From Obrimoposthia wandeli (Eukaryota), in the NCBI GenBank assembly GCA_977020255.1, contig CDROCS010005781.1, positions 1-64,000 of the forward strand: a DNA stretch of 64,000 bases, read 5' to 3'. This document shows, in pieces, positions 61,843 to 64,000 of this stretch; the first letter of the stretch is position 1; each line of letters opens with the position of its first letter. Position numbers and translations under genes: made by a program. The notes beneath the pieces are model-generated. The model did not search any database, had not been told where the DNA came from, and was given only the letters and a program-made list of their open reading frames with translations.

Positions 61843-63237
61843 TTAAGACTCTGGATTACGAGAGCGTTGGCGACCATTCGGTGTGCCACGGTCAGTACGA
61901 CGCGGGCGACGCTTCTTAGTATGGCGTTCTTCAGGCTTACGGTTGGCGGCAACTTCTTTGTATTCATCGGTTTCTTGATACTGAGTCCACCAATTGCCTA
62001 AACCTTTCAGGTTTTCACCACACTGTTCACGCAACAGGACAAAATCATAGGCCGCGCGGAAACGATTACTTTCAGCAGCTTCAGCGGCTTTCTTGCCTCT
62101 TTTTCGTTCTAGGCGAGACTGCATATCCCAAATTTCTTTCATCGGAATCGTAAAACGCTTAGGAATAGAAGTGCGCTTCAGCTGTTGCTCGATGACTCGG
62201 CTAGCGGCTTTATGCAAGGCTGGCTGAGGAGGAATTCCTTGCTCTAAAAATTCCGCTTGGACTCTTTGTAGAGATGGCCATAGTAAAGCCGCAAAGAAAT
62301 AATAAGGCGTTACTGACTTGCCTGATTGAATACGCGTATCGGTATTAATCATGGTCTGTTCAACAAAGCGTGCAGCAAATTCATCGTCTGCCACGCACTG
62401 CTCCGTTAACGGAAACAACTCACCAAATAGCTTATATTCACGCAATAAACGGTAGGTTACTAGAGCATTACCGGATAAAAACAGCTTCAAAACTTCTTCA
62501 AATAAGCGCGGCGCAGGGATCTGCTCCATTAGCGGCGCCATCATTTCAATCGGAGCTTTAGTCTTGTGCTCTATTTCAAAATCCAATTTACCCGCAAAGC
62601 GAATAGCTCGCAGCATGCGCACAGGATCTTCGCGGTAGCGGGTCTCAGGATCACCCATCAAACGGATTAATTTATCTTGAGCATCTTGATAGCCACCGGC
62701 ATAAGACAGCACAGTAAAATCATCAACGGCGTAATACATAGCATTAATGGTGAAATCACGGCGCATAGCATCATCATCGATGTTGCCATAGACGTTATCA
62801 CGTAAAATCATGCCGCTATCGCCAGTTTTAGCCTGGTTACTATTGTGCTCTTCTTTCGGAGACGTTCTGAATGTGGCGACTTCAATCACTTCGCGGCCAA
62901 ACAAAACATGAACCAATTTAAAGCGACGGCCAATTAAGCGAGAGTTGCGAAACAGTTGATTGACTTGTTCTGGAGTTGCACTCGTCGCCACGTCAAAATC
63001 TTTGGGGTGTGCGCCCAACATGGAATCGCGGACACAGCCGCCTACAAGATAGGCTTGATAGCCCGCGCTATTTAAACGATACAGGACTTTCAGTGCATTC
63101 TCGCTCAGCTGACGACGGCTAATGCCGTGCTCTTTGCGCTGAAGAATTTGCGGTTTGATCTCATTATCCGCGTTTTTAGCTTTGCGGCCCCCCATTAAAG
63201 AAGGGAAGAAGCGCGCTACAGTATTAACTATGGACAT
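61843..63237 (-). CDS. pcnB: Poly(A) polymerase I
   Basis: LVGGCVRD..LG..PKDFDVAT, IGRRF.LVHV, RRDFTINA, EDPVRMLRA, FRAAYDF..LR. Confidence 0.97.
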   Translation of the reverse strand: MSIVNTVARFFPSLMGGRKAKNADNEIKPQILQRKEHGISRRQLSENALKVLYRLNSAGYQAYLVGGCVRDSMLGAHPKDFDVATSATPEQVNQLFRNSRLIGRRFKLVHVLFGREVIEVATFRTSPKEEHNSNQAKTGDSGMILRDNVYGNIDDDAMRRDFTINAMYYAVDDFTVLSYAGGYQDAQDKLIRLMGDPETRYREDPVRMLRAIRFAGKLDFEIEHKTKAPIEMMAPLMEQIPAPRLFEEVLKLFLSGNALVTYRLLREYKLFGELFPLTEQCVADDEFAARFVEQTMINTDTRIQSGKSVTPYYFFAALLWPSLQRVQAEFLEQGIPPQPALHKAASRVIEQQLKRTSIPKRFTIPMKEIWDMQSRLERKRGKKAAEAAESNRFRAAYDFVLLREQCGENLKGLGNWWTQYQETDEYKEVAANRKPEERHTKKRRPRRTDRGTPNGRQRSRNPES

Positions 63238-63339
63238 CTATGGTTGCCTGAATTTTCGCGATTGCAGGGGAAAGGTACTTCAAAGAAGAACTTGCGCCTG
63301 TCGAGTATGATTATTGTTCGATATTAGTTAGTTAGCGAG

Positions 63340-63727
63340 TTTACATGATGGGTTGGCGCTTTCAAAGCACCTGTGGCTATAAAAGCCTTGCCTGTAAATA
63401 AAAGGGGGGTAATAAAGGAAGTAAAACTCAGGTTTGGCGATTGTTATTTTTATTATTGCCAAACCGAGATAAGTAAACCAACTGTTTTGAATACGCAGGA
63501 ACTAAAAGCTCCGTTATTATTCTTATTATATGTGTGCTAAGTGATGCTCACTTCGCACTCAAAACAACTGATTTTTCATTTTTCTATGCCTCTTTATTGT
63601 TTTTATTGTGAGACCACCTCTTCATGGGTGTTTTGATATTCATAAACGCGATTTTTATTTTTATTATTGCGTTTAACTTCAATCTTACGTTTTAGCTTTA
63701 TTATTTTTGTTAGTGCTTAACGTTATA
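63340..63727 (-). ncRNA. CrcZ-like Hfq/Crc-sequestering small RNA (3' end approximate)
   Basis: ORF-free; starts ~12 nt below a sigma54 promoter; five AANAANAA-rich loops; sits immediately upstream of pcnB-folK-panBCD-pgi, like Pseudomonas crcZ. Confidence 0.8.
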
Positions 63728-63737
63728 TTTAATATAT

Positions 63738-63754
63738 AGCCATAACCGTGCCAA
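63738..63754 (-). promoter_or_regulatory. Sigma54 (-24/-12) promoter
   Basis: Minus strand TTGGCACGGTTATGGCT, exact GG-N10-GC spacing. Confidence 0.88.
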
Positions 63755-63772
63755 CTTTATAAAACTCTTTAA

Positions 63773-63785
63773 AATCAATGGCTTG
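63773..63785 (+). promoter_or_regulatory. IHF binding site
   Basis: AATCAA-TGGC-TTG matches the consensus WATCAANNNNTTR, between the sigma54 core and the UAS. Confidence 0.75.
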
Positions 63786-63813
63786 AGTAATCTAGTGCTT
63801 TAGATGAACAACT

Positions 63814-63877
63814 TGTTACGCCAAAAGTGTTACCTGAAGTAATGTTCTCCCGTAACAAAAGTAACGATTAAGTAACA
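63814..63877. promoter_or_regulatory. Enhancer (UAS) with CbrB-type half-sites
   Basis: TGTTAC at 63814 and 63828; GTAACA at 63852 and 63872; GTAACG at 63861; about 87-150 nt upstream of the predicted TSS. Confidence 0.7.
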
Positions 63878-64000
63878 CTGTGTAAGTTTTTACCTAAAGT
63901 GAGCCACTTTAAGCCTTGATTGACGGATTTTGTAGTAAGTTTCTGAAGGTATAAAAGTCAGGTGCTGGTTGAGTGTTGGGTTTATTGGCGGCAATTTGGC

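Noticed and set aside
63880-64000. Possible 3' end of cbrB
   Set aside because: No recognisable Fis-type HTH coding sequence in the window; cbrB cannot be claimed from this sequence.

Overview
Chromosomal, mostly core-genome window (about 42-43% GC by eye) from a marine gammaproteobacterium. Gene order and protein sequences are Pseudomonas/Oceanospirillales-like; an Oleispira-type organism is plausible but is inference. From left to right: a GAF-GGDEF cyclase and queG; the nnrD-tsaE-amiB-mutL-miaA-hfq-hflXKC-hisZ-purA superoperon, whose first ~6.3 kb carries many small indels that are probably assembly errors; a surface lipoprotein lipase (Pla-1/cef, VolA-like)-DUF1302-DUF1329 operon divergent from a thiolase; a TPP-riboswitch thiamine salvage operon (TonB receptor, YkoF-like, PnuC/PnuT, kinase); betIBA-choXWV plus a TorF-like porin; lemA-M48 peptidase; ydbH-ynbE-ydbL; rpiA/ilvA; several envelope genes; a decayed RAYT-like HUH transposase with terminal inverted motifs; a second thiolase, mtnA, an MCP, and pcnB-folK-panBCD-pgi. 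The best find is in the ORF-free last 760 bp, upstream of pcnB and at the same position as crcZ in Pseudomonas. It holds a sigma54 promoter, an exact IHF consensus site and clustered TGTTAC/GTAACA (CbrB-type) half-sites, followed by a ~350-400 nt non-coding RNA with five A-rich AANAANAA loops. This looks like an unannotated CrcZ-like Hfq/Crc sponge sRNA. Matching A-rich motifs lie at the ribosome-binding sites of the lipase operon and a Spy/CpxP-like gene in the same window. No rRNA, tRNA or CRISPR array was seen.
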